Assembly (NCBI GenBank): GCA_040765685.1
Contig: JAXGRS010000007.1
Coordinates: forward strand, 21,079-85,078
DNA: 64,000 nucleotides
Origin: Anaerolineaceae bacterium
GTDB taxonomy: Bacteria; Chloroflexota; Anaerolineae; Anaerolineales; Anaerolineaceae
Reading direction: 5' to 3'
Positions 37,087 to 47,166 of this stretch are shown piece after piece; positions within the stretch are counted from its first letter, which is position 1; each line of letters opens with the position of its first letter. The position numbers and the translations under genes were made by a program. Below the pieces are notes generated by a model, which saw only the letters and a program-made list of their open reading frames with translations, was not told where the DNA came from and did not search any database.

Positions 37087-38825
37087 GGCCAGAATGTCTC
37101 GATTGTTTCTTTTGAATATTGTTCACTCATGGCTTGGCGCCAGGTGAGTCCATCACTACGAACATAAAGGTTCAATAATGTCGCCGGAAAATAACTACGC
37201 CAACTGGATTCAGCCGGTAACCGGTACCAACCATATCGCAATGCGAATGTGGTGAAATCAACCCAGAAACCTCCCGGAGGCGGGCTAATTCTGCCGCCAA
37301 TTTCAAACGCTTCGTCATCACCATTGGAGCGGGAATAGAAATCGATAACCGGCATTTTTATGGGTGTGCCGCAAGAGCCGTCTTGTACCAGACATTTCAA
37401 CCATATGCGCCAATAGGTTTGGCCATTGTAACCTTCGCGGCTGACCACCATCCAACCGGCATCCAGGGGTGCCAGGTTGACGGCTATCGCCCTACCGGTA
37501 TAAAGCCAGTCCAGCCTGGGTTCAGGTTGTGGTTCATCCGGCAGAGATATGAACGCGTTCTCCAGTATTCCCAGGAAATCCCATCCCAAGTCAAATTCCA
37601 AATGATTTCGCATACTGGAAAAACCGTCGTTTACCGCGTCTGAAAGGTACGGCTCAGGTGCATCGACATCTTCCAGTAAGACACGATCCAGCAATTTTGT
37701 TGTGGCATTTACTTCGAATTTTTCAGATTCAGCGATCGCTGCAGGTTCCGGAAAGGAATTTGTGGTGAGAAAATTTTCCATAAAATCAACAAATCCACCC
37801 GCTTGCCAGGTTAATGCAGTCACCTGATCCGGCAGATGGATCGAGGGAAAGAGAGCCCGGGTGGGGTCATTACGATAAGATACGAGGTCATAACCATTAG
37901 AGGTACGCATAACAGCCGCTACACCCTGGTTATTCGTTACCCAGGTGGGTATGGAACCCGTACCGATCATAACCGGTCTCGAATCCTGCGAAGATCGATC
38001 AAGTTTTTCAATAGAAGCCTGGTCAGCAGTTTTTTGAAACAATATTGTTGAACCGTCGATCGACCAGAGTGGGTGAGAATAATCAGCGTCTGTGGATGAA
38101 ATTAAAGGGTTCAGACGGTCTGTCACGGCGTCCAGGTTGGCGAGCCATATCTCCTGACGACCGGTTCGGTCGGTTACAAAAGCGATCTCTCTACCACCGG
38201 GTGACCATGCCGGCTCAAAATTATTGCCAGGCTCATCGGTCAAACGTACGGCTGGAGTGGATAAGTCAGACACGGATTGCAGAAAAATATCCAGTTTTCC
38301 ATCCACGATGCTTTCGTATGCCAACCATTGTCCATCAGGTGACCAACTCGGTGCGCAGGCGTAAGTCTCACTATTCGTCACTTGCGTCATCGAGTTGTCG
38401 GTCAGGTCTAAAATAGCAATGTTCCATTTACCCGAACTGGTATCGCAAAACGCAATCTGGCTTCCGTCCGGTTTGATGGCCGGGTCGTCATAATCCCAGT
38501 CTCCTGTGGTGATCCTTGTCAATGGAAGATAGACCGGATGGTAGGTAAAAAGGTGCTTGTAATTGCCATCACCCATTGCCAGAACAAACAATCCAGCAGC
38601 TGTTTCTTCGTCCGGATTGGAGTCAGATGGGATCAGCGTTGTTGATGGAGTACTCGATTGCGGTGTAGGGAGGGGATTGGTAGTGGCTGGTATTGGAGAT
38701 TCAGTTTTGTTCGCAACCTGGTCAGGTTCAGGGTTGTTCTTACAACCTGAAATTATCCCTGCTATTAAGAGCATAGAAACCAGTATGGGCAACAGTCGGA
38801 CTAAACAGCCACGGATTTGCTTCAT
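37083..38825 (-). CDS. TolB-like PD40 beta-propeller lipoprotein with an uncharacterised C-terminal domain
   Basis: Lipobox IISGCKN and repeated PD40 signatures (PAIKPDGSQIAF, PSWSPDGQWLAY, PAWSPGGREIAF, PLWSIDGSTILF). I do not recognise the last 200 aa or so. Confidence 0.7.
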   Translation of the reverse strand: MKQIRGCLVRLLPILVSMLLIAGIISGCKNNPEPDQVANKTESPIPATTNPLPTPQSSTPSTTLIPSDSNPDEETAAGLFVLAMGDGNYKHLFTYHPVYLPLTRITTGDWDYDDPAIKPDGSQIAFCDTSSGKWNIAILDLTDNSMTQVTNSETYACAPSWSPDGQWLAYESIVDGKLDIFLQSVSDLSTPAVRLTDEPGNNFEPAWSPGGREIAFVTDRTGRQEIWLANLDAVTDRLNPLISSTDADYSHPLWSIDGSTILFQKTADQASIEKLDRSSQDSRPVMIGTGSIPTWVTNNQGVAAVMRTSNGYDLVSYRNDPTRALFPSIHLPDQVTALTWQAGGFVDFMENFLTTNSFPEPAAIAESEKFEVNATTKLLDRVLLEDVDAPEPYLSDAVNDGFSSMRNHLEFDLGWDFLGILENAFISLPDEPQPEPRLDWLYTGRAIAVNLAPLDAGWMVVSREGYNGQTYWRIWLKCLVQDGSCGTPIKMPVIDFYSRSNGDDEAFEIGGRISPPPGGFWVDFTTFALRYGWYRLPAESSWRSYFPATLLNLYVRSDGLTWRQAMSEQYSKETIETFWP

Positions 38826-38867
38826 TAACTATCCTGATGGTTCGATTGGGAGCGCGTTCCAATTGGA

Positions 38868-39809
38868 TTAATCCTCCCAAAAACGGGCGGGATCAATCGC
38901 TTGAAATCTCCCTGAAGAAGACCAGATGCAATAATTGTACCTTTCTTCCACTGTAGCCTCCGGCTTGTACATGGCAAAAGTGTTAAACTGCGCGGCTGAT
39001 GGTCCAATTCTGATCTCCAGGTGCAAGTGCTCGGCTACCGAATTGCCAGTTATCCCCACAGCACCAATGGTTTGACCACAGCTGACCACATCTCCAACCG
39101 CGTAGACTGGTTTATCTTTCAAATGAGAATAAAGGGAGTAAACTGACAGATGTTGCGTTTCCATCTGGATAGAGGACATGTCCTTAAAAAGCGGATTCTG
39201 TCCGCAGGGGTCGAATAGCGCGATGTTCTCTGCCGGTATCGGGGTGGGAATTCTGACCGGTGCAAGAACGCTCTCCGGCAGCATTTCCAATGGGGTTTCA
39301 ATCAGAATCATGTGTCCATACGGGAATCGATCCTCCACAACCATGACCACTTTTCCGGGAAGTACAGCCTGCACGGGATGACCGAGCATGGATGGGAGTC
39401 CCTCGAAGGTAAAGAAAGCCAGGTCCACCGCCGGGTGCCCATCATCCATAAATGGAGATGGCGCGGTAAACGCTTGTGAGGTAATACTGTGCAGGTCTTT
39501 CAGCTCAATACCTTGCAGCGGGGAACAGAAAGCAGTGATGCTTTCAATGGCAGCAGTCGGGCTTGGTGTTGTGGTTGGAGAGGGTGAAGGCGTCAGTTGC
39601 GGGGTTTTCGTTGGGTCTACCCTCTGCGTGGGGGGAACTGTGTTTATGGGCGCGATTGTTTTCATACCTAGTGCAGGTGATGGGGCTGTGGCGCAGGCAG
39701 CCATTGTGAAAACCATCACCATGCAAATGCACTCAATGGCTAATATTTTCCAATGATACCTATTATTGGATGTTGTGGCTTGTTTGCGGATCTCACGGAT
39801 AACAGGCAT
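38868..39809 (-). CDS. M23-family metallopeptidase, lipoprotein-type signal
   Basis: Lipobox-like FTMAACAT, plus HPAVDLAF and GNSVAEHLHLEIR motifs. Confidence 0.75.
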   Translation of the reverse strand: MPVIREIRKQATTSNNRYHWKILAIECICMVMVFTMAACATAPSPALGMKTIAPINTVPPTQRVDPTKTPQLTPSPSPTTTPSPTAAIESITAFCSPLQGIELKDLHSITSQAFTAPSPFMDDGHPAVDLAFFTFEGLPSMLGHPVQAVLPGKVVMVVEDRFPYGHMILIETPLEMLPESVLAPVRIPTPIPAENIALFDPCGQNPLFKDMSSIQMETQHLSVYSLYSHLKDKPVYAVGDVVSCGQTIGAVGITGNSVAEHLHLEIRIGPSAAQFNTFAMYKPEATVEERYNYCIWSSSGRFQAIDPARFWED

Positions 39810-39827
39810 GTTCGATTCAGGAAGGTT

Positions 39828-41147
39828 TCAGGGCACGATCTTGCGGGCTTCCATGTAGAAGCGTTTTTCATGCGCTTCACCCATTGAAAATGTCTTCCGC
39901 GGTAATGCGCCATCCAGCAATACTGTACGGAACAACTCATGCTTGGGCATGGCAGGAAGGTAAATTCCTGCGTTGCCGGGTTGTCTGCCCAGGGTGAAAA
40001 CCGCTTCATCCCCGTGCACGTAATCGATCGATCCTGCATTACCTTCCTTTATGTACCTATCCAGCAGGGGTTGCAGGCTACCAACAGTCAGATTGGCGAT
40101 CGGCTGGTCAATGATCCCCAGCAGGATCTCGTTTGGCTTGATCAGTCCGAAGCGTTGTGACCCTTTAACTTCCTTCTTCACATCCGCGATCAACGCCTCA
40201 TGGTTGTTTACTTTTATAAACGTCAGGTTGGCTCCAAAGTGATCATATAGGGTTTGTTTAATATCCATTCGGGTGTTGAACAGCACACGATGGATAGGTT
40301 CGAATTCAAGACCATCATCATGGATGTTCTCAACTTCCACCAGGGCGTATCGCGCCGGGTGGTCCATTCCCACCGTGGGTTTCAACTCTTCCCAGATGGC
40401 TTTGGCTGTAGCCAGCGAGTGATTTCCGTCACCAACAGCAAAGAGCAAAATCTCGTTATCGGGGTTGACCCTGTATTTTGGGTAAAAAACGTCCGGCCTG
40501 GCAAGCAATTCCAGGTTGTGGATCACACCTTCTTCCAGAGCGTCATCATCTACCAATCTTCCAGTGAGATGACCGCTGTTGAGCATGAGATCAAAATCGT
40601 AAATGATTGGTAATTGCTCCTTTTTCTCGCTGACGCTACCAATCACCCGGTCTTTTGGATCGTCGATCAGAACCAGGATGTGGGGGAGTTCAAGGGGGGC
40701 GTCTTTTCGGATGCGGATGCGGGGAGGAAGCCGGTCAAGAATGGTTCCTTCCGTTGCCCTGATCAGGCTCTGTGAACCGATGGAAAAATCGTATTTTTCA
40801 AGATCAAGGGCGAGCATCAAACCGCGGCGTGTTTTGCCATCCACCTTCCGTTCAACGTAAATGATGCGGTTGACTGGTGTCAACAACCCGTCAGTGAGGT
40901 ATTGCCGCATTCTGGCATTGATCGATCGTACACGTTCCTGTTCCTCCGGCGTGCCCAGTAAGACTTCGGGCAGTGTAAGGTGAAAGGTGGAAGGCGATTC
41001 TCCCACTATTGCGGCGACTTTTTCCCAATATTCCGGTTGAGAGGTGAATTGGTCACATGCGATCACAGCCCATTTGGCTGGATCAATGTCTTTTACCGGA
41101 AGGTAGATTGATGGAATTTGGACGCCGATTTTGGGAAAATTTTTCAT
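39828..41147 (-). CDS. DUF1015-like protein
   Basis: 439 aa with GDGNHSLATAKA where DUF1015 has ADGHHR. Also has PIHRVLF and C-terminal LPRKTFSMGEAHEKRFY resembling the DUF1015 tail. It is a divergent member. Confidence 0.6.
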   Translation of the reverse strand: MKNFPKIGVQIPSIYLPVKDIDPAKWAVIACDQFTSQPEYWEKVAAIVGESPSTFHLTLPEVLLGTPEEQERVRSINARMRQYLTDGLLTPVNRIIYVERKVDGKTRRGLMLALDLEKYDFSIGSQSLIRATEGTILDRLPPRIRIRKDAPLELPHILVLIDDPKDRVIGSVSEKKEQLPIIYDFDLMLNSGHLTGRLVDDDALEEGVIHNLELLARPDVFYPKYRVNPDNEILLFAVGDGNHSLATAKAIWEELKPTVGMDHPARYALVEVENIHDDGLEFEPIHRVLFNTRMDIKQTLYDHFGANLTFIKVNNHEALIADVKKEVKGSQRFGLIKPNEILLGIIDQPIANLTVGSLQPLLDRYIKEGNAGSIDYVHGDEAVFTLGRQPGNAGIYLPAMPKHELFRTVLLDGALPRKTFSMGEAHEKRFYMEARKIVP

Positions 41148-41191
41148 TTTTCGAATCCTTTCAGGGTTATTTTACCATCAGCCTAAATTAT

Positions 41192-41229
41192 AAAAAAAAA
41201 TAACCTCCCGGGTCTGTTCCGGGAGGTCA
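41192..41229 (-). terminator. rho-independent terminator of the DegV gene
   Basis: Stem acctcccgg / ccgggaggt. A U9 run follows on the minus strand (41200-41192). Confidence 0.85.
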
Positions 41230-41245
41230 TTAAACCAGGTATTTT

Positions 41246-42106
41246 TTACATGCTGTGCATGAAGGCAAGCCCCAACGCACCTGGTCCGGCGTGCGTTCCC
41301 AGCACGGGACTGACCGTGCTCAAAACGGTGTCGGTGACCAGTGAGTTTGGGAACCGCTTGACGGCTTTTTCAAGTAAGGCATTTCCTTCTTCGGGGGCAT
41401 TGGCATGGACGGCACAAAGGCGGATCGGACCCGGTTCGTTTGCAATACGGTTTTCAACCAGGTCGAGCAGACGGTCAACCGCTTTAGACAGTGTGCGTAC
41501 CCTCTCAATAGGTTCAATGCGCCCTTCTTTCAACTCCAGAATGGGTTTCAAGTTCAACATGGTTCCCATGAAGGCTTGTGCTCCGCCGATGCGACCACCG
41601 CGATGCAAAAACTCGAGCGTGCTGAGCACAAAATACACACCGGTCTTGTGAACCGCCTGTTCTGCCACAGCTTTACATTCTTTGAGTGTTGCGCCGGTTT
41701 GCGCCATTCGCGCTGCGCTTAGCACCTGAAAACCCATTGCCATGCTCGTGCTATTCGTGTCAAACAATTCGATGTTCGCGTTGGGGAAGGCTTGTTTCGC
41801 CTGAATGGCTGAGTCGAGCGTGCCAGATAGCTTACCTGAGATGTGCATACTCAGGATGTCATATCCCTCTTCGATAAGTTTTCCGTACATTTTTTTGAAT
41901 TCTTCAGGTGTAACCTGAGAGGTAGAGGGCATTACCTTTTCCGTGGCAAGCCGCTTGTAAAAATCCCCTGCTTCAATGTCGATGCCATCCCGCAAGATTT
42001 CATTTCCCCAGATCACCTGAAGAGGAACTGACACGATTGGATGTCCATTGAGTAAATTTAAAGGGATATTAGCTGTGCTATCAGTAACGATCATTACTTT
42101 GTTCAT
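41246..42106 (-). CDS. DegV-family fatty-acid-binding protein
   Basis: VMIVTDSTANIP, a TSQV(T)P-type motif, and LEFLHRGGRIG. I prefer ATG 42106, with GGAGG 7 nt upstream, over TTG 42112. Confidence 0.85.
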   Translation of the reverse strand: MNKVMIVTDSTANIPLNLLNGHPIVSVPLQVIWGNEILRDGIDIEAGDFYKRLATEKVMPSTSQVTPEEFKKMYGKLIEEGYDILSMHISGKLSGTLDSAIQAKQAFPNANIELFDTNSTSMAMGFQVLSAARMAQTGATLKECKAVAEQAVHKTGVYFVLSTLEFLHRGGRIGGAQAFMGTMLNLKPILELKEGRIEPIERVRTLSKAVDRLLDLVENRIANEPGPIRLCAVHANAPEEGNALLEKAVKRFPNSLVTDTVLSTVSPVLGTHAGPGALGLAFMHSM

Positions 42107-42237
42107 TTTCAAACCTCCAGATCAATAAACGTTAGTATCATAACCCTGTGTTTTGCATTAATAACCCTGCGGACCGCGCTTGGTTGCAGTCATACATAAT
42201 TTTGATAGACCATCGTTCGTAGCGGCTCAATTTTTCC

Positions 42238-42266
42238 TTGACCAATCCATTTTTCCAGACTAAAAT
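42238..42266 (+). promoter_or_regulatory. sigma70-type promoter of ffh
   Basis: TTGACC at 42238-42243, 17-nt spacer, TAAAAT at 42261-42266. This predicts a leader of about 50 nt carrying AAGGA. Confidence 0.65.
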
Positions 42267-42321
42267 CCTGCCTGTATTTCACCATCCGGTGGGGTAATTC
42301 ATTTTAAGGAATCTGAATTTC

Positions 42322-43644
42322 GTGTTTGATAATCTGACAAGCAGGCTAAGCGAGATATTTACCAAACTACGCCGTAAAGGGAAACTAACGGCGGAGGATG
42401 TGGATGCCATGATGCGCGAGGTCCGCCTGGCGCTGCTTGAGGCGGATGTCAACTACACCGTGGTGAAGGATTTCACCAGCCGGGTTCGTGAAAGAGCGGT
42501 CGGTGCTGAAGTATCGCGCGCGTTAAATCCGGCTCAGCAGGTGATCAAGATCGTTCACGAAGAGTTGATCCGCACCCTTGGTGAGCCGGCACGTCTGAAT
42601 CTTACAGGTGTCAAACCGTATGCGGTTATGCTGGTCGGTTTGCAAGGATCAGGAAAAACCACGGCGGCCGCTAAACTGGCCAACCGATTACGCTCAGATG
42701 GTGAACGGGTGCTGCTCGTAGCTGGAGACCCTTATCGACCGGCGGCTGTGAAACAATTACAGACGCTTGGCGAAAAGATCGGTGTGGAGGTTATAGCGGA
42801 TCCCACCTTGAAGCCTCCGGCGCTCGCAGCGCAGGCTTTCGATAAAGCGCAAAAAGGCGGTTATTCGGTCGTAATCATAGACACGGCCGGCCGCTCACAG
42901 CTCGATCAGCCTCTAATGGATGAACTTCGGGCAATATCCCAGAAGGTAAAACTGGTTGACATTTTGCTTGTGGTGGATGCAATGATCGGCCAGGAAGCCC
43001 TTCACATTGCTGAAGGGTTTCGCGATACAATAAAAATCACTGGTTTGATCTTTACCAAAATTGATGGTGATGCCCGCGGTGGTGCTGCCATATCTGTGCG
43101 CAATGTGACTGGCGTACCGATCAAGTTCTTGGGAACTGGCGAAGGAATCGACGCAATTGAAGTATTCGATCCTGCCAGATTGGCATCGCGCATCTTGGGA
43201 ATGGGTGATATGATAGGGCTGATCGAAAAGGCGGAAGCCGCATTCGATCAGAAGAACCAGAAGGAACAGGCTGAACGTGTTCTCAAGGGGCAGTTCACCC
43301 TGGAGGACTTTGCTGATCAGCTGAAGCAATTGCGGAAAATGGGATCTATTTCCCAGGTGATGGATATGCTGCCCGGTGGGTTGGGACAGGCAGCGAGGAA
43401 TATTTCGCCGGAGGAAACTGAACGCAGCCTCAAACGTACAGAAGCGATCATCAACTCGATGACACTGCAGGAAAAACGGAACCCTGATATGCTCAATGCT
43501 TCACGCCGCAGGCGTATCGCCAGAGGATCAGGAACGGATGTGCAGGAAGTGAATCGCCTGATGAAACAGTTCAGGGATACACAACGGTTAATGAAGACAA
43601 TGCAGAAAACAGGCGGGAAAGGCCTTTCCCGATTGTTCAAGTGA
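42322..43644 (+). CDS. ffh: signal recognition particle protein Ffh
   Basis: GLQGSGKTT and DTAGR motifs, followed by a Met-rich M domain. GTG start. Confidence 0.95.
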   Translation: MFDNLTSRLSEIFTKLRRKGKLTAEDVDAMMREVRLALLEADVNYTVVKDFTSRVRERAVGAEVSRALNPAQQVIKIVHEELIRTLGEPARLNLTGVKPYAVMLVGLQGSGKTTAAAKLANRLRSDGERVLLVAGDPYRPAAVKQLQTLGEKIGVEVIADPTLKPPALAAQAFDKAQKGGYSVVIIDTAGRSQLDQPLMDELRAISQKVKLVDILLVVDAMIGQEALHIAEGFRDTIKITGLIFTKIDGDARGGAAISVRNVTGVPIKFLGTGEGIDAIEVFDPARLASRILGMGDMIGLIEKAEAAFDQKNQKEQAERVLKGQFTLEDFADQLKQLRKMGSISQVMDMLPGGLGQAARNISPEETERSLKRTEAIINSMTLQEKRNPDMLNASRRRRIARGSGTDVQEVNRLMKQFRDTQRLMKTMQKTGGKGLSRLFK

Positions 43645-43751
43645 TCAGAAATGAAACAGCGGTTAGCGCTCCCTTCAGCGCCCCTCGCCTAAGTATAATT
43701 TTTGGATTCACTTCATATTTGATCATTAAGTAGGAACAGGAGAAAAACCAT

Positions 43752-44087
43752 ATGGTAAGAATTCGTTTACGCAGGACAGGTCAGAGGCATCAACCCAGTT
43801 ACCGCATCGTTGTGGCTGAAAAAGAAAGCCCGCGCGATGGTCGTTTTTTGGAGATCATCGGTTTTTACAATCCAACCACCGATCCCTTTACCTTCGAGGT
43901 CCAGGAAGATCGCGCGTATGAATGGATGAAGAACGGTGCGCTGCCCAGCGAATCGGTAATGAGTTTATTCAAAATCGCCGGTGTGCTTGAGCGCTACGAA
44001 AGATTCAAGAAGGGTGAGTCTATTGAAACCCTGCTTGAAGAAGCAAAACAGGCAACCGAAGCAAGAGCTGCGAAGATCAAAGCTTAA
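43752..44087 (+). CDS. rpsP: 30S ribosomal protein S16 (with C-terminal extension)
   Basis: MVRIRLRRTGQRHQPSYRIVVAE…FYNP. Confidence 0.9.
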   Translation: MVRIRLRRTGQRHQPSYRIVVAEKESPRDGRFLEIIGFYNPTTDPFTFEVQEDRAYEWMKNGALPSESVMSLFKIAGVLERYERFKKGESIETLLEEAKQATEARAAKIKA

Positions 44088-44092
44088 AGAAC

Positions 44093-44389
44093 ATGCAACC
44101 TTCAAGTAAACCTACGCAAAAGTATTCAAGGAATATCGATCAGGAAAGCCACATCAAGGAACTGATCGAATATATTGCGCTTTCGTTGGTTGAAGATCCT
44201 TCCCAGGTAGTGGTGACCCAGTACCATGGGGGTGGCCGCGAAAACCTGGAGTTGCACGTGGCCAGAGAGGATATGGGGCGCGTAATTGGCAAAGGAGGTC
44301 GCATTGCCAATGCCATGCGTATCCTGCTGCGCGTAGCAGCTGCCCGGGAGGGTAAACAGGCCAACCTGGATGTTGCAGAGCCCAAATGA
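44093..44389 (+). CDS. KH-domain RNA-binding protein (UPF0109/YlqC-like)
   Basis: VIGKGGRIANAMR is the GxxG KH motif. The position between rpsP and rimM is conserved. The true start may be further downstream. Confidence 0.75.
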   Translation: MQPSSKPTQKYSRNIDQESHIKELIEYIALSLVEDPSQVVVTQYHGGGRENLELHVAREDMGRVIGKGGRIANAMRILLRVAAAREGKQANLDVAEPK

Positions 44390-44946
44390 GCAAAGTACTG
44401 AAAAGTGTTGACCATAATGCGGATCCTTCAGGCTCGCCCCATTCGGGCGAGCCTGTCTACTTGGCAGTCGGGAGGTTGCGCCGCGCACATGGAATAAAGG
44501 GCGAGATCCTCTTTGAGATGACCACCGAGCAACATGATAACATCGCTCCGGGGCGGAGTTTTTTCATCGGCGAGAATAAGATTCCGGTTACCATCGCGAC
44601 GATTCGCCAGAACAACAAATTGTGGCTTATCGCTCTTGAAGGATATACAAGTAATGAGAGTGTGCAGATATTCCGCAATCAAACACTTTACGCGGATGCG
44701 GCACAGTTGCTTCCTTTACCCAGGGGACGCTATTATCATCACGAGGTGATCGGGATGAAGGTCGAGGATGAGCAGCACATAGAGCTGGGTTTTGTGACCG
44801 AGATACTGGTGACAGGTGCCAACGATGTGTACGTTGTGAAAGCCCCCGATGATTCTGACATGCTGATTCCAGCTGTAAAAGCGGTTGTGCTCAACATCGA
44901 CCCTGAAAAACGCGTCATTACCATCCGCCCCCAGGAATGGGTATAG
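44386..44946 (+). CDS. rimM: 16S rRNA processing protein RimM
   Basis: VGRLRRAHGIKGE and a PRC-barrel C-terminus. It overlaps the upstream gene by 4 nt. Confidence 0.85.
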   Translation: MSKVLKSVDHNADPSGSPHSGEPVYLAVGRLRRAHGIKGEILFEMTTEQHDNIAPGRSFFIGENKIPVTIATIRQNNKLWLIALEGYTSNESVQIFRNQTLYADAAQLLPLPRGRYYHHEVIGMKVEDEQHIELGFVTEILVTGANDVYVVKAPDDSDMLIPAVKAVVLNIDPEKRVITIRPQEWV

Positions 44947-44953
44947 CTTAAAA

Positions 44954-46063
44954 ATGGATGAAAGATCTTATTGGGTGGCACTCAACCTGGTCAAGGGGAT
45001 CGGAGCTGTTAGATTCAGGCAGCTGCTCGAATTCTTTGGTACTGCTGAACTCGCCTGGCAGGCTCCACAATCCGCCTGGTCATCTGCCGGTATTCCGCAA
45101 AGGGTTGTTAACAACTTTTCTCTGGTCAGACAGCAGGTGGATCTTGAACGGGTGCTGGAGAAGATTGCAGCCGGCAACGTGCGCGTGATCACCTGGTTGG
45201 ATGGCGATTACCCCCGACGATTGAAGGAAATAGACCAATCTCCACCGGTGCTCTTCATCAGGGGCACGATCAACGTCGAGGATGATTGGGCCGTGGCTGT
45301 TGTAGGTACGCGCAGGGTCACGCCGTATGGCCGCCAGATTGCGGATGAGATCGGCCGATTCCTGGCTCAAAACGGGGTTACGGTGGTCAGCGGGCTGGCA
45401 CGCGGGGTGGATGCTATAGCCCATCAGTCCGCACTGCAGGCGGGCGGGCGGACATTTGCTGTTCTGGGTAGTGGTGTGGATGTGATCTACCCGCCTGAAC
45501 ACCGGAAACTGGCCGCGGAGATCATCCAGCAGGGTGCAGTGATCAGTGACTATCCGGTCGGTACACAACCGGATGGGGTAAATTTTCCACCGCGAAACCG
45601 TATCATTTCCGGACTCTCACTCGCGACTGTGGTGGTGGAAGCCGGTGAAAAAAGTGGGGCACTGATCACGGCTGAATTCGCGGTAGACCAGGGACGGGAT
45701 GTTTTCGCGGTTCCCGGAAGCATCCTGGCCGCGCAAAGCCAGGGCACTAATCGTTTGATCGAACAGGGAGCCCGACCACTGCTGAAGATGAGCGAGATTC
45801 TGGAATCATTAAAACTCGAGCAAATCCCGGAAAAACAGCAAACACGCAAGCTCAATCCGATGTCCAAAGAGGAGCAACGCCTGCTGGAGCAATTATCGAG
45901 CGAACCAGTTCATATCGATCAGTTATGTGAGTTAACAGGATTGCCAATCACTAATGTTTCGGCTACACTCACGATGATGGAGCTAAAGGGATTTGTTACT
46001 CAGGTGGGCGGAATGAACTATGTCGCCATGCGCGAGATTAAATCGATCTATAAGGTAAATTAA
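44954..46063 (+). CDS. dprA: DNA-processing protein DprA
   Basis: VVGTRRVTPYG, SGLARGVDAIAH and FPPRNRIISGLS motifs, with a C-terminal winged-helix. I prefer ATG 44954. The track starts at 44885, inside rimM. Confidence 0.85.
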   Translation: MDERSYWVALNLVKGIGAVRFRQLLEFFGTAELAWQAPQSAWSSAGIPQRVVNNFSLVRQQVDLERVLEKIAAGNVRVITWLDGDYPRRLKEIDQSPPVLFIRGTINVEDDWAVAVVGTRRVTPYGRQIADEIGRFLAQNGVTVVSGLARGVDAIAHQSALQAGGRTFAVLGSGVDVIYPPEHRKLAAEIIQQGAVISDYPVGTQPDGVNFPPRNRIISGLSLATVVVEAGEKSGALITAEFAVDQGRDVFAVPGSILAAQSQGTNRLIEQGARPLLKMSEILESLKLEQIPEKQQTRKLNPMSKEEQRLLEQLSSEPVHIDQLCELTGLPITNVSATLTMMELKGFVTQVGGMNYVAMREIKSIYKVN

Positions 46064-46064
46064 T

Positions 46065-47156
46065 ATGTCTGACCAATTATTCGCAGTGATCATGGCTGGC
46101 GGGGGTGGTACACGCCTGTGGCCCGTTTCACGGCAACAGACACCCAAGCAATTGATCCAGTTGTTTGGTGAAAAATCCCTGTTCCAAATCGCAGTTGACC
46201 GCCTTGAAGGATTTATTCCTGCTGAGAAGATATTTGTCGTAACCACCGCTGAACAGGTGGCCAGGTTGCGCTCGCAGGAAGCAAAAATTCCAGCGCGTAA
46301 TTTTCTGATCGAGCCCCAACCAAGGGGCACAGCAGCCGTTGTGGCGATGGCAGCGGCGGCAATTCGTAAGGTCGATCCCACCGGTGTGATCGCTGTTCTT
46401 ACCGCCGATCACTTGATCGAGAATATTCCTGGATTTCAGCAGCATTTATCTGCTGCCTGTGATGTGGCGAAACTGGGATTGATCGCAACTCTGGGGATTA
46501 AACCTTCTTTTCCATCAACCGGCTATGGATATATTGAAAGCGGTGATGAGATTGGTGAGTATTACGGTGTCAAGGGATTTCATGTCAGACGTTTTATTGA
46601 AAAACCGCGAGTAACTTTGGCCAGGGAATTGCTTAAGAGCGACAATTTTACCTGGAATTCAGGTATGTTCATCTGCCGGGTTGATACGATCCTCGCTGAA
46701 TACCAAAAATATATGCCTGATCTATTTGCTACGATTACAGGTTTGATTCCACAGTTGGGAGAAGACCACTTAGAATCTGGTTTCCAGAAAATCTGGAATT
46801 CCATTCAACCCCAGACGATCGATTACGGCATCATGGAAAAAACTGACCTGGCTGCTGTTCTACCAGCGGATAATCTGGGTTGGTTTGATGTTGGCAGCTG
46901 GGATTCTTTTTTTGATATTGTAGAAGCCGACGAGAATGGTAATATCGTTATTCAAGCCCGGCATATCGGCATCGATACGATGAATACCCTGGTAGTATCC
47001 ACAAAACCCGACCATTTGATCGTTACGCTTGGTATGTCTGATGTCATTATTGTTCAAACCAATGACGCGGTGCTTATTTGTCCGCGCGGCGAAAGCCAGC
47101 GGGTAAAGGAACTGGTCAATTACCTAAAAGAAAATCAATACACCCTTTTTATGTAG
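46065..47156 (+). CDS. mannose-1-phosphate guanylyltransferase (nucleotidyltransferase family)
   Basis: VIMAGGGGTRLWPVSR and a GYGYI motif; 363 aa with no C-terminal isomerase domain. Confidence 0.8.
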   Translation: MSDQLFAVIMAGGGGTRLWPVSRQQTPKQLIQLFGEKSLFQIAVDRLEGFIPAEKIFVVTTAEQVARLRSQEAKIPARNFLIEPQPRGTAAVVAMAAAAIRKVDPTGVIAVLTADHLIENIPGFQQHLSAACDVAKLGLIATLGIKPSFPSTGYGYIESGDEIGEYYGVKGFHVRRFIEKPRVTLARELLKSDNFTWNSGMFICRVDTILAEYQKYMPDLFATITGLIPQLGEDHLESGFQKIWNSIQPQTIDYGIMEKTDLAAVLPADNLGWFDVGSWDSFFDIVEADENGNIVIQARHIGIDTMNTLVVSTKPDHLIVTLGMSDVIIVQTNDAVLICPRGESQRVKELVNYLKENQYTLFM

Positions 47157-47166
47157 GAGCGTTGTC

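Noticed and set aside
43752-46063. The rpsP-KH-rimM operon is followed by dprA instead of the common trmD-rplS
   Set aside because: This is a synteny difference only. All four genes are intact, and trmD and rplS are presumably elsewhere. No sequence feature marks a rearrangement junction.
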